A stretch of DNA of 63,240 nucleotides, the filler included, from Octopus bimaculoides (lineage: Eukaryota), in assembly GCF_001194135.2 (NCBI RefSeq). It is 4 parts of 4 records of this genome, joined end to end, with 100 filler letters (N's around TTAATTAATTAA, not from the genome) between each part and the next. Parts side by side here need not be neighbours in the genome. Positions count along the whole stretch, not along the records: positions 1 to 21,731 come from NC_068984.1; 3 more parts are not named here. One strand, written 5' to 3'. Shown here piece by piece: positions 1 to 11,639 of this stretch. Position numbers and translations under genes: made by a program. Under the pieces are notes generated by a model. That model worked only from the letters and a program-made list of their open reading frames with translations. It ran no database searches and was not told where the DNA came from. The stretch's first letter is position 1. Each line of letters opens with the position of its first letter.

Positions 1-138
1 TTCTTTTGTCTTTCTTTTTCGTTTTTTTGTTGGTGGTACAGTTTGCCACTTCCCTTTTTCACTATCAGTGTTCGCACAATCCGAGCTGATCTGATCTGGA
101 AAGGGAATGTTTGTCGGATCTGATGAAGATTCTTTTAC

Positions 139-203
<65 letters not shown>
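139..203. repeat. (TAA)n microsatellite
   Basis: Perfect taa run directly upstream of an R4/Dong-like fragment. Confidence 0.98.
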
Positions 204-205
<2 letters not shown>

Positions 206-470
206 TGCCCAGGACCAGGCATTGAATACCAACTCAGTAAAGAAGAATATATACCACACAAGTGCAACAACGGACGTCTGCAGAATGTGTGGGAAGAGGA
301 TCGAAAGTGTGACTCACATTGTTAGTGTTTGTGAAAGTCTTACGCAAAAAGAGTACAAACGAAGACACAAGGTAGCCCAAAATCTCCACTGGCTACTATG
401 CCGTAAGTAATGATATGAGATTAGGGGTGCTTGGTATCAACATACACCGGAAAAGAGAGAGAAGTGAGAG
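206..470 (+). mobile_element. 5'-truncated RLE-type non-LTR retrotransposon fragment (R4/Dong-like), C-terminal CCHC region
   Basis: Translates as AQDQALNTNSVKKNIYHTSATTDVCRMCGKRIESVTHIVSVCESLTQKEYKRRH-KVAQNLHWLLCRK, then WYQHTPEK. This matches the CxxC...H...C knuckle and Y.xRH motif that precede the RLE endonuclease in R4/Dong-type ORFs (family recalled from memory). Confidence 0.75.
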
Positions 471-473
471 AGA

Positions 474-527
<54 letters not shown>

Positions 528-544
528 CGAAATAGAAGAGCCCT

Positions 545-885
545 CCGCCGCCAGCCAGTACCCGGCTCATTGCAGCTGAGTAGGTCGACGCAACTTGAAA
601 CGAAGCGCCTTGTACAAAGGACATACTGCAGTGCCTAGTTCAGGATTGGCAATAAATGACTGGGATCACAACGTTCCTTTGAACGGGACATCAGTCTACC
701 AGAGGGATACCCACTTACGGCTGAGTGGACTGGGGCAACGGGAATGAAGTAGTTTGTACAAAAACATAATGCACTGCACGTCCGGGAATCGAAACCTCAA
801 TTGTGATTACGTGTGCGTCACCTTAACCATGAACCCATGAATTTATGATCATGAGTCAGTCACCCCTGACCACTTGTCCACACGA
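545..885 (-). mobile_element. Tandem degraded SINE pieces (family A: tRNA head plus ttcacgttgctccagtccactcagc core)
   Basis: Reverse-complement B box (ggaatcgaaacc) and ctgagtggactgg-gcaacg core shared with copies at about 13900, 15590, 40410 and 55716. Confidence 0.7.
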
Positions 886-1463
886 TCTTCACTGTAACTT
901 GTATATGGGTATTTTAAATGCTTGTTAAGAAACTTCCTCAAAGGGAATTATTTCCCTCTCAAATCAGGTCACATGACACTAGAGTACAGTCCTTTATTCA
1001 TATGATTTATAAATTAACCAGCAGATAAGGAGGAGGGAGAGGAGGAGGGAGAGGAGGGGACCGTTTCCTTGACCTTTACAGGTTCTTAGTGACTGGTGAG
1101 ATTAATGAAATTTATATTGCGAGCGTATTGTTGCCGTTGCTGCTCCAGTTGTTGTTGGTTTTGTTGTCACTGTCAGTTTGTGGAACGATCCTTGTCTCAT
1201 AGCAACCAAGTAACGCAAGTTTGATTCAATGACGTTGCTTACACAGAACAACTTGTGCAGATTGACATTATCATTCGTCTTCCCTGCACGGGGTTCAAAT
1301 CTCGCTGACCTCAGTTTTAACTTTCATCACTCCGAGGTCGATAACAATAAAGTACCAGTCCAGTAGTATTGTCCATTCACTGGATAAGACACCTCAAATG
1401 TCTGCGATATATATCGAAAGAATTTAATGTACCACACACAGACACACAGACAAACACACATAT

Positions 1464-1513
<50 letters not shown>

Positions 1514-1523
1514 NNNNNNNNNN

Positions 1524-1625
1524 CGCTCGGGAGAAATGAAAAAGTCTTTTACGTTTCGAGCCTACGCTCTTCATCAGAAAGGAATAAGAGAAAATAAACA
1601 GAGAGAATGAAAAGAAAAACCTTGT
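1524..1625 (-). mobile_element. Short dispersed repeat family E (PLE terminal-repeat-like), truncated by a gap
   Basis: Near-identical to 4937-5115 (-) and 46999-47200 (+): shared gaagagcgtag(g)ctcgaaac...aagact and (c)ccga; flanked by (TA)n. Confidence 0.75.
1546..1581 (-). ncRNA. Minimal type I hammerhead-ribozyme-like motif with canonical core
   Basis: Minus strand reads CUUU-CUGAUGA-A-GAGC(GUAG)GCUC-GAAA-CG-UA-AAAG: 4-bp stem I, full C3-A9 core, 4-bp stem II, palindromic ACGU in place of stem III, GUA cleavage triplet. Activity untested. Confidence 0.65.
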
Positions 1626-1856
1626 AGATTTCAGCGTTCCTAGTCATTATGAGGATGTATAAACCTCTTACAAGGATAATTTTATCCAAGATAGACTGGT
1701 TTAATATATTGTATTTTCAAGATAATTCTTCAATAAATATATTACACAAATATCAAATATTATCAAGTAAGAAAATGGAGAGATATAATTGATATAAATT
1801 AATTTTCAATTAATTAAGATGGAAAATTTTCCATCTTTGGCCTTTTCCCTTTCTCT

Positions 1857-1889
1857 TTTCCGACGAAGAGCTATGCTCGAAACGTCAAA
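1857..1889 (+). ncRNA. Hammerhead-like motif, U4C core variant
   Basis: UUU-CCGACGA-A-GAGC(UAU)GCUC-GAAA-CG-UC-AAA: same architecture as 1546-1581, but only a 3-bp stem I and a C at position 4. Confidence 0.5.
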
Positions 1890-2173
1890 CTCTATCTTTT
1901 CACCGGGTGTCAAGCTAATTCATTTCTTGTACGCGTCCTCACATTCGTTTCTTTTTTTCTTTTTTATCCGTTTATTTGAATTGTTTGTTTATTTGAATTG
2001 ACTGTGTGTTTGTGTGTGTGTGTGTATATATATATATGTGTATGTTTGTGTGTGTGCTTGTGTGCATGTATTTGTGTGTGTATGCATGTGTGTGTGTGTG
2101 CGCGCGTGTATGTGTATGGACTTCATGCCAATGATAAACACATGCCCTGCTTCTCTTTCACTTCTCTGTTATT

Positions 2174-3038
2174 TACGAAGTGGTATTAAAAAGTTCCCGG
2201 GCTAGTTATGTTTAATAAAAAATAACTTCTTTACGCAAGTTTCAGCACCATCTCCTTCAAAATAGTCACCTTCTGCAGCAATTCACCCGTCCCAGTATTC
2301 TTGCCACTTTTGGAATCCGGCCTGGGAGTTGTTTTCCGTCAGCAAGTTGAGGATCTTCTGCGATTCGATCTTGATCTCGACAACAGCATTAAAACAGCAC
2401 CTTTTGAGCTGCATTTTCATCTTGGGTGTTAAATCTGGCAAAAGGGTGGGTGCCGAAGCGATACCATGTTTTTGGCGAGAAACTCAGGACTGAGGAGAGC
2501 TGGGAGATAGGTTGCAGTATCGTCTTGAAGAATCCAATTCTTCACGCTCTACAGATTTGGTCAGTTTCGCCGAATGTTCTCCCTCAAACGCTGCAAAACG
2601 TTGTTGATTGTCCTCCGACGATCCTCATGCACAAGCTGATGAACTTTCACCACATTTCCGGGGGAGACACTCGTTACAGGTCTTCCAGATTGCTCATTGT
2701 CTCCCAGGGACGTTCTTCCGCTTTTGAAGCGCCCGTGCCACTCCAAACATTCCGTACGGCCCATTGTGCCCCGTCACCGTAAGCTCGCCGATGCATACGC
2801 AATGCCTCCGCAGCAGACTTCTCAAGTTTGACGCAGAATCTCACGTTGCCTCCAGTTTCCTGTTCGTGACAAAAATCAAAATGATAGCAGACACGTGATC
2901 ACATACACACGAATTTTACAACTTGCGAAGTAAACAAAGTGACGTCACTCGGCACAATGCCTCATGAAGGTCACTGCTGGCTCTTATTGCGCATGCAACC
3001 GTGTGCTGTCATCTGTCTAGGAGCTTTAACCATCTAAC
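2174..3038 (-). mobile_element. Internally deleted mariner transposon
   Basis: Minus strand gives an N-terminal HTH (RGNVRFCVKLEKSAAEALRMHRRAYGDG...RTECLEWHGRFKSGRTSLGDNEQSGRP) joined to a C-terminal remnant (HPPF-PDLTP...FQKWQEYWDG*IAAEGDYFEGDG). The left end tacgaagtggtattaaaaagttcccgg resembles a mariner TIR; the right end is degenerate and approximate. Confidence 0.85.
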
Positions 3039-3703
3039 TAATTAATTGTTCGCCTGATCAGTTGATCTGAATCAGATATGGATTACTGAAGGCATGTCAT
3101 TGACGAGGTTGCAAATGGCGACAGTAAGTCTTCAACGAACCTAGCTGGCCGATTGATGTACCGATCGATTAATAAAACAATCGATTAGTTAATTGGTTAA
3201 ATGGTTAACTAACAAATAAATAATAAAGACGTGAAATAGAACCAGTGCGTGTGTTTATTATTGGTCTAATGACCCTCCCAAGAAAGAAGAAAATCGAGAG
3301 TAATGTTAAACAGCTTCGTTAGGTGGCTTTTTTGCGCAAAGTAGTACAACAATCCAGTATTTTGAAGATGTGTTGAACTCATCTGTCGCCGAGACCTGTT
3401 CTTAGGTAGCCATTGTCAGCCACTTCAAGGGCTTCAATTTCTCATGCTGAACCTTAGAACTTATTTACACAAAGCACATAACACCCGTGCACACACACAC
3501 ATACACACACACACACACANNNNNNNNNNNNNNNNNNNNNNNNNNNNNNNNNNNNNNNNNNNNNNNNNNNNNNNNNNNNNNNNNNNNAAACAGTCTCTTT
3601 AGCATTTTAATTTTATGTATAATTTAAATAGTAAAACAAACACTTCTGTCTCACTGTGTGTGTGCAAACACAAATACATATAAACATGCACACATATGTA
3701 CAT

Positions 3704-3748
<45 letters not shown>

Positions 3749-4121
3749 TAAATAAATATACGCATAAGCACAAGCACAAGCACACACGCACACACATAAG
3801 CGTGTGGGTGGGTGCGCGCAGGCGAGAGCGTCTCTAAGGAGGTGCACAGTGCTAGGCAGCATATCTGTTTCATTTCTTTAATAAAGTTAATCCAACATAT
3901 TTTAGCTAATTTACTTATGAGAAGTGCAGAGCGTTTCTCTTCTGGCAATGTTGATTGGATTAGTACGGCGTTCTACCCACGGTGAAACTTATCTCGAATT
4001 CAGTATACATCACTGAACACAAAACAGAAAACCGACATTACGAAACACTTTGGTGCTTATACATGTACACTCACACACACATACACATGCACACACACAC
4101 GCACACACATATACACACAAA

Positions 4122-4392
4122 TATGGCTGTGTGGTTAAGAACCTCGCTTTCAACCAAGTAGTTTCGGGTCCAACCTCACTAAGCAGCCTCATAGATTCTA
4201 CTGTGGCCCCTGACCGAACAATGCCTTGCAAGTAGATTTGGTAGCCGGAAGCTGCGTTGGTCCCCAACTGCATCGTTCCCGATTCAGTTCCACTGGTTGG
4301 TCCCTTGAGCAAGTGTCTTCTACTATAGCTTCGGGCCGACTAATTCTTTGTGAGTGGAGTTGGTAGACGGAAACTTAAAGAAGCCGGCGTAT
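4122..4392 (+). mobile_element. SINE family B (atggctgtgtggtaagaagc... head), two nested or tandem pieces
   Basis: tggctgtgtggttaagaa...gcaagtgtcttctactatagc...ttggtagacggaaact shared with copies at 19905, 37741, 42118, 45553, 60975 and 61578. Confidence 0.8.
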
Positions 4393-4936
4393 ATACATAC
4401 ATACATACATACATACATACATACATGCATACATACATACACAGACATATATATATATATATATANNNNNNNNNNNNNNNNNNNNNNNNNNNNNNNNNNN
4501 NNNNNNNNNNNNNNNNNNNNNNNNNNNNNNNNNNNNNNNNNNNNNNNNNNNNNNNNNNNNNNNNNNNNNNNNNNNNNNNNNNNNNNNNNNNNNNNNNNNN
4601 NNNNNNNNNNNNNNNNNNNNNNNNNNNNNNNNNNNNNNNNNNNNNNNNNNNNNNNNNNNNNNNNNNNNNNNNNNNNNNNNNNNNNNNNNNNNNNNNNNNN
4701 NNNNNNNNNNNNNNNNNNNNNNNNNNNNNNNNNNNNNNNNNNNNNNNNNNNNNNNNNNNNNNNNNNNNNNNNNNNNNNNNNNNNNNNNNNNNNNNNNNNN
4801 NNNNNNNNNNNNNNNNNNNNNNNNNNNNNNNNNNNNNNNNNNNNNNNNNNNNNNNNNNNNNNNNNNNNNNNNNNNNNNNNNNNNNNNNNNNNNNNNNNNN
4901 NNNNNNNNNNNNNNNNNNNNNNNNNNATATATATAT

Positions 4937-5115
4937 ATATACAGTTGAAATTTACAGAAAAACAAAAGACGAAGACAGGTGTATGGACAACAAGCAGGTG
5001 TATTAGTTCGACTTTCGGGAAAGTGAGAAAGTCTTTTATGTTTCGAGCCTACGCTCTTCAACAGAACGAAATAAGAGAAAATAAACAGAGAATGAATAAA
5101 AAAAAACTTGTGCAT
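4937..5115 (-). mobile_element. Family E copy with a decayed hammerhead-like motif (5033-5067)
   Basis: Minus strand CUGUUGA-A-GAGC(GUAG)GCUC-GAAA-CAUA-AAAG; the ACGU palindrome has mutated to ACAU, consistent with CpG decay. Confidence 0.75.
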
Positions 5116-5714
5116 TTATATATATATGTATGTATGTATGTATGTATGGATGGATGCATGTATGTATATATAATTGTAAGTGTGATATAAATTCATGTGT
5201 ATATGTGTGTGCAANNNNNNNNNNCAGGGGGGGGGGTGCAGAAAACGGAATAAAGAGGAGCGTTTGTTGTATGTTAGTCGTGGATCAGATTTTGTTAGTG
5301 TTAGGTAACGACACCTCGCTGTCAGGAGTCTTTTCGCTATTCTGTTAGACACCAGTCGTTATTCTTAAAGGTCACAAAAACACAGACAGACAATGAGCGA
5401 TGCGTGTTGCGTGTGCATGAGTGTGTGCGTGTGCGTGAGTGCACCTTTATCGAAATTTACTCAATCACTGAAATCCACATGAGAAAGGAATTAAAATTTA
5501 ACTGAGACGTGCGAGCTATTTCGGAAATGAAATGGTTCTATATTTCCTCGCAAAACTACGATTATCGAGAAGACATCAAAACAAAGAACAAAAGCAGATT
5601 TCTGGTGTTAATACTTACATCAATGCACATATACATACACACACACATACGCACACACACATACACACGCATACACAAGCGAACACGCACTCACACACAC
5701 ACGCGCGTATATCT

Positions 5715-7550
5715 GAATTACCCACTTTTGTTGTTAATATTTGCATCTGGCTATTGCAATATGTGTAATTTCTCGTTGAAACAAAGATGAAACTTTTGTG
5801 CTCCGGGCAAAAAAGGTGGCGTTTTGTGGAAAACTCTCCTGTTTAAAGTGGGTGTAGATATTTTCTGGTGTCTCCAGATAAAACGGGATAGAGAAGTGAA
5901 ATTCCGTTGACACTTATTTGAAGGCAAAAATTCCTTTGAACACATTTAATATGTTACAATGTGCGTTAAGCATGAACCGCACGTCTTAACATCATGCGCT
6001 TTAAAATGTTTACAGTATTTATGTATGCTTGAAAAGTGCGGCTTAGAAAGTTCCTAGTTATGTTTGGGTAGACATATAGATTGAATTGGGGAATTGGACC
6101 AGGCTTTTTTTCTTTTCATTAATCTCTTCGAGGGAATACTCCCAACACATTATTTTCTCGTTAAAGGTAATTCTCACTAATGCCTCATTATAACGGGGCG
6201 CGGCTCCATCGAAGATATCTCTGTCTGGGAATAAATTAGTGATTCTTTAGTTGATGTGGTTTGCTAACTTCTTAACTCTAGCTCGGGTCGCGTGTTTCTA
6301 ATTCCTATGAATTTACAGTCTTCTCGTTAGATTTTTCATAGGAATAATATTTGCTTATCCTAAGGTCTTGGGTAATGTCCAAGAGATTAGCTTGTTGTTA
6401 GATTGATGATAATGGGTACATGTTTAATCAAACTCGTTGAATATCCCTCTTAATCCTTAAATTTACCCATAATATGGGTATTCAAGTTAGTTAAAACTGC
6501 CAGGCCACCGTCTCTGGGCATGATGGATTGTGGCGGGGATGCATACATTTTAAAGCTATTCATGATTAACAATCAAACGAAGTCTGTAAAATCAGCCCCA
6601 TCATAACTTCCCAAGGTTACCTTGACAACAGATCACCGTCCTTTTTCACCCTGTAGATGTCGTCACGAACCAAGTGTGAATACCTGGTGGTCATGATTAT
6701 TAAGAATTCAAGGTCATTAATCCTTGTATTGCTTCTCAAATTCTAAGATTTTCAATAGGAGGAATTTCCTGATGGACGAGTAGAAAGCTACGATACCGAA
6801 GTTGGTGAATTTGCAGATTACTTTATTTACTTCGCTCCGGACTCAGTGGAAGCAGTTGATAACAGCCGCGCTGCGGTTCCATCGAACTGATCCTGTGGTC
6901 CTTCCGAAGATACGACTGCATATTACACCAATTTCCTTACTAGACGTGGAAGACGGCCTGCATTTAGACTTGTAGAGGAAATCGAACTGTGGTCCTTAAC
7001 AGTCAAGTATGATGCTTGCTTGACGAAGTTTGATGGTTGCCGATCAATGGGTTCTGTGTTTTTCTATCTTCAACAAATCGACAGGTTTCTTCATTCACGT
7101 ATTTCATTCTGTTTTGCAGTGCCAAGAAATACAATTAGAATAGAGTCTGTAGTATACAGCGGTGCTTATTTCAAGGGTTTTTGCTTAGCAGCCAGAACAT
7201 GTAATTTAGGTAATTGTTTGACGGTCGTCATAATTGTTCAAAATATTTAGAAAATAGTTGGAGTAATGCCGAAATCTTTTCTTCTTAATAATTTCGATCA
7301 GATGTCGACGTCCTTTATCTGGTGGGTGGCCGAGATGGAATTATACAATTCGATACCGAAATTATTTTCTGGTGCACCGATATTTTGATTTTTGAAGATG
7401 GAAGGCTTCCAGTGCAGCCGATTGATTATAATCTCTGTCTTCTCAACAAAACATTCTACAGTGTACCTGGACGTTTTCCGGTGAAAATATAAGCGGGTTT
7501 TCCAGAATTTCTCACTGTTTATTCCTTGACTTCGCATAAAGATCAACAGG
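5715..7550 (-). mobile_element. Degraded Penelope-like retroelement (RT plus GIY-YIG endonuclease remnants)
   Basis: Colinear minus-strand motifs broken by stops and frameshifts: VEKTEIIINRLHWK, YLTVKDH, CKFTNFGIVAFYSSI (RT motif FDIxxFYPSI), VKKDGDL..VTLGSYDGAD, RDGG (YRDDG), LLDITQDL (VNFLDITLDL), and the C-terminal TSLSRFIWRHQKI...FHLCFNEKLHILQ. The GSYDGAE/YRDDG signature suggests the Nematis-like clade (from memory). Confidence 0.8.
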
Positions 7551-7899
7551 CAATTAAAAGATTACAGATAGGCGTACAAAGAATAGTATATTTCGTGAAG
7601 TTTGTACACACACTCACACACTCACACACACACACATACATACACACGCACGCACACACACACGCATGCACACACGCATGCACACACGCACGCACACATG
7701 CACGCACTCATGCACACATTTGTAGTAGCTTGTTGACTCAGAATCACATTAATTTAACTTTCTCAGACGCGAAAGAAACGCTTTTGATCATTCGGATGCT
7801 TAGTTCTAATACATAAAAATTTCATAGCTTTTGGTCACGGCTGATTTCCATTGGATTGGTGCCTAAGTTTCATTGATATTCGTTGGACCATGTGATCTA

Positions 7900-8090
7900 G
7901 CACAAGGCCAACAATTTCGGGGAATGATGTAAGTCAAATACAACAACCTCTAGTGTAAAACTGGTACTTATTTATAGACCCCCGAAAGGAATGAAAGACG
8001 GAGTTGAACCTGGCGGAATTTGAGTTCCGAATGGAAAGACAGACAAAATGCCGCTAAGCCTTTTGACCTGCGAGCTAAGACACAGCCACT
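7900..8090 (-). mobile_element. SINE family C (gagctggcagaatcgttagc... head)
   Basis: Reverse complement of aaatgcttagcggcattt...gtcgataaa...aagtaccag. Related copies at about 1290, 13210, 16050, 18860, 19225, 21190, 27753, 38280, 49600, 51067 and 59050. Confidence 0.75.
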
Positions 8091-9667
8091 TATACATACA
8101 TACATACATACNNNNNNNNNNNNNNNNNNNNNNNNNNNNNNNNNNNNNNNNNNNNNNNNNNNNNNNNNNNNNNNNNNNNNNNNNNNNNNNNNNNNNNNNN
8201 NNNNNNNNNNNNNNNNNNNNNNNNNNNNNNNNNNNNNNNNNNNNNNNNNNNNNNNNNNNNNNNNNNNNNNNNNNNNNNNNNNNNNNNNNNNNNNNNNNNN
8301 NNNNNNNNNNNNNNNNNNNNNNNNNNNNNNNNNNNNNNNNNNNNNNNNNNNNNNNNNNNNNNNNNNNNNNNNNNNNNNNNNNNNNNNNNNNNNNNNNNNN
8401 NNNNNNNNNNNNNNNNNNNNNNNNNNNNNNNNNNNNNNNNNNNNNNNNNNNNNNNNNNNNNNNNNNNNNNNNNNNNNNNNNNNNNNNNNNNNNNNNNNNN
8501 NNNNNNNNNNNNNNNNNNNNNNNNNNNNNNNNNNNNNNNNNNNNNNNNNNNNNNNNNNNNNNNNNNNNNNNNNNNNNNNNNNNNNNNNNNNNNNNNNNNN
8601 NNNNNNNNNNNNNNNNNNNNNNNNNNNNNNNNNNNNNNNNNNNNNNNNNNNNNNNNNNNNNNNNNNNNNNNNNNNNNNNNNNNNNNNNNNNNNNNNNNNN
8701 NNNNNNNNNNNNNNNNNNNNNNNNNNNNNNNNNNNNNNNNNNNNNNNNNNNNNNNNNNNNNNNNNNNNNNNNNNNNNNNNNNNNNNNNNNNNNNNNNNNN
8801 NNNNNNNNNNNNNNNNNNNNNNNNNNNNNNNNNNNNNNNNNNNNNNNNNTATATACATATATATATATATATATGCATGTATACGTATGTGCATATGTAT
8901 GCATGTATATGTATTTGCATATGTATGCATGTGTATATATATATTAATATATATATACATACACACAAATGTATATACATATACAGATATCTATGCATGT
9001 GTGTGCCGTCAGACACACATGCACACATGTGTACATGTGTGCATATCTTGATGGTAACGATTCTTCGCCGTTCATTTGACATCGCCCGCTGTGACTGTGC
9101 TTGTAAAAGAATGATTTACAAACAGACAGAAATGGGAAAAAAAAGTACAAAAACAAACCAAAATCATAAAAAAGAAATATAGGAAAACCTGGAGATGTAG
9201 TGTAATTGGTTATGACGTCATCGTTCGTATTAAAAGTAGCTAGGTACTATAAAGACTCCCAGACTCACTCACTCTTTATCTGTGATGCCATATGGCACCG
9301 GTACCATTGGGAAATAAACATATTGAATTACGTTGACTTGCAACAAAAACAAAAAGGAAAAGTGAAGATGGAGTATATTTTCTCAGAAACTAATCAAAGG
9401 AGGAAACAAACCTTATTATCCATCCGCTGAATAATCCTGTTAACGAGGTTGGGGGGGGGGGGAGTCTTTTACGAAGTCCCTCTGCTCGCCAGAAATAGTA
9501 GCGAATTCTCCTCCAAATAACATCATGTCATTTTATGTAGCGAGAGGATAAAACTGTGTTGAATGAATTACGTCGTCCATAAATAGACAGGATGGTCACA
9601 TCTGAAATGTTTCGGGTTGGATTTCTGTTGCATTCATCTTAGTGTTTGAAACCTGGTGATGATGATC

Positions 9668-9668
9668 A

Positions 9669-9716
<48 letters not shown>

Positions 9717-9717
9717 C

Positions 9718-9785
<68 letters not shown>

Positions 9786-9790
9786 GTCTG
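9668..9790. repeat. (TATC)n microsatellite
   Basis: Long near-perfect tatc array. Confidence 0.97.
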
Positions 9791-9799
9791 TCTGAACGT

Positions 9800-10855
9800 C
9801 ACAGATAACTTCAGGCGCTTCAAATCTGCTCAACGCAGATTTGAAAATTTTGGCCAAGGAGTTAGCCGAGTGGTTGGCGCTTGTGATCGAGAAAGGTGCA
9901 AACGTTCGCTGTGCCGAGTAGCAGTATCCATGACAACCTCCATCTGATGCGCTACATCATAGACAGGGTAGTTAAGGATCCTGGCATGGGTGGGGCACTG
10001 ATCAATTTTGATCAATGAAAAGCTTTCGATAAAGTAGACCATCACTACTTGGAGGCTATCCTTAAAGTGGCTGGTTTCGGTCCCATCCCTTATTTAGCGG
10101 CATCCGCTCGGTAGTTCGCGTAAATGGTCATCTGTCCAGACCATTTAATATCATGCGTTCGGTTCGTCAAGGATGCCCCCCTCTCGTCGCTTCTGTATGT
10201 ATTGACTCTTGAGCCACTACTGCAGAACCTGGCGACACTGAGGGGCATCTCACGAGAGCTGGGATGCGGAAAGAGCGTGTCTGCATACGCAGACGACGTC
10301 ACCATCATAGTGTCGAGCCACAAGCACTTCGAGCCACAAGCACTTCGAGCTGGTCGGCGAGAAACTAAAAGAATACGAAGCGGTAGCGGGAGCAACAATT
10401 AACCGGGAAAAGTCAGTGGGCTTGCGGCTCGGCACCTGGAGAAGCAAGCCCATGCCGTCCAGCAGCGTCTCTATCGTGGGACGCTGGACCGACGGACCGA
10501 CGGACCGTTTAAATTGCTCGGAGTCTGGTTCGGTTCGGACCTCCAAATGGAGAAGAACTGGGGCGAAATAACGACTAGGGTGGCTACTTTCACCCAGCAA
10601 TGAGCCGAGAGGAAGCTATCCCTAAAAGGTCGGGCAGAGGTGGCGAACGCGTACATCGCATCCGTCATCGAGTACCGTCTGACCGTCGTGCCTTGTCCCG
10701 ACCCTACCATCACCAAACTGGAACGCATACTCTTTCGCTTCTTGTGGAAGGCGATCCATTTGCTTTCAACACCCGCTAAATGGAAGGCTATGCAAGCCGT
10801 GGTTGATGATGCGCAGACATGCGCTGAGACTGCGATATCTCCGGCGCTTCATAGA
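9800..10855 (+). mobile_element. Tx1/L1-clade LINE reverse-transcriptase fragment, disrupted
   Basis: LLNADLKILAK, SIHDNLHLMRYII, DQ*KAFDKVDH, VRQGCPLSSLLYVLTLEPLL, SAYADDVTI, LLGVWFG, LSLKGRAEVANAYI, ERILFRFLWK. Contains stops and frameshifts; the 3' end runs into a gap. Confidence 0.92.
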
Positions 10856-11318
10856 NNNNNNNNNNNNNNNNNNNNNNNNNNNNNNNNNNNNNNNNNNNNN
10901 NNNNNNNNNNNNNNNNNNNNNNNNNNNNNNNNNNNNNNNNNNNNNNNNNNNNNNNNNNNNNNNNNNNNNNNNNNNNNNNNNNNNNNNNNNNNNNNNNNNN
11001 NNNNNNNNNNNNNNNNNNNNNNNNNNNNNNNNNNNNNNNNNNNNNNNNNNNNNNNNNNNNNNNNNNNNNNNNNNNNNNNNNNNNNNNNNNNNNNNNNNNN
11101 NNNNNNNNNNNNNNNNNNNNNNNNNNNNNNNNNNNNNNNNNNNNNNNNNNNNNNNNNNNNNNNNNNNNNNNNNNNNNNNNNNNNNNNNNNNNNNNNNNNN
11201 NNNNNNNNNNNNNNNNNNNNNNNNNNNNNNNNNNNNNNNNNNNNNNNNNNNNNNNNNNNNNNNNNNNNNNNNNNNNNNNNNNNNNNNNNNNNNNNNNNNN
11301 NNNNNNNNNNNNNNNNNN

Positions 11319-11369
<51 letters not shown>

Positions 11370-11639
11370 ACTTCGCTCTCATGTGTTTATTCCCTCCCTG
11401 CCTGGGAGTGTAATCTTGCTTCTTACACTTTTAAAACTTTTCTGTGATACACGATCCCTTTTGATCGATTTTTTCTTTTTTTCACAAACCCTTTTGATCG
11501 GAATTTCACCAAACGTCAAGTTAATACGTTTCTTGTGCACATATTCCCGTTCGTTGTTTTTTTTCATTTTTTTATTCGTTTATTTGAACAGTTTATTTGA
11601 ATTGATCATGTATATATGATGTGAGTACCCGAATGTAAT

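Noticed and set aside
1106-1230. Cys-rich or signal-peptide-like short ORFs
   Set aside because: They arise from a degenerate (TTG)n repeat; no further support.
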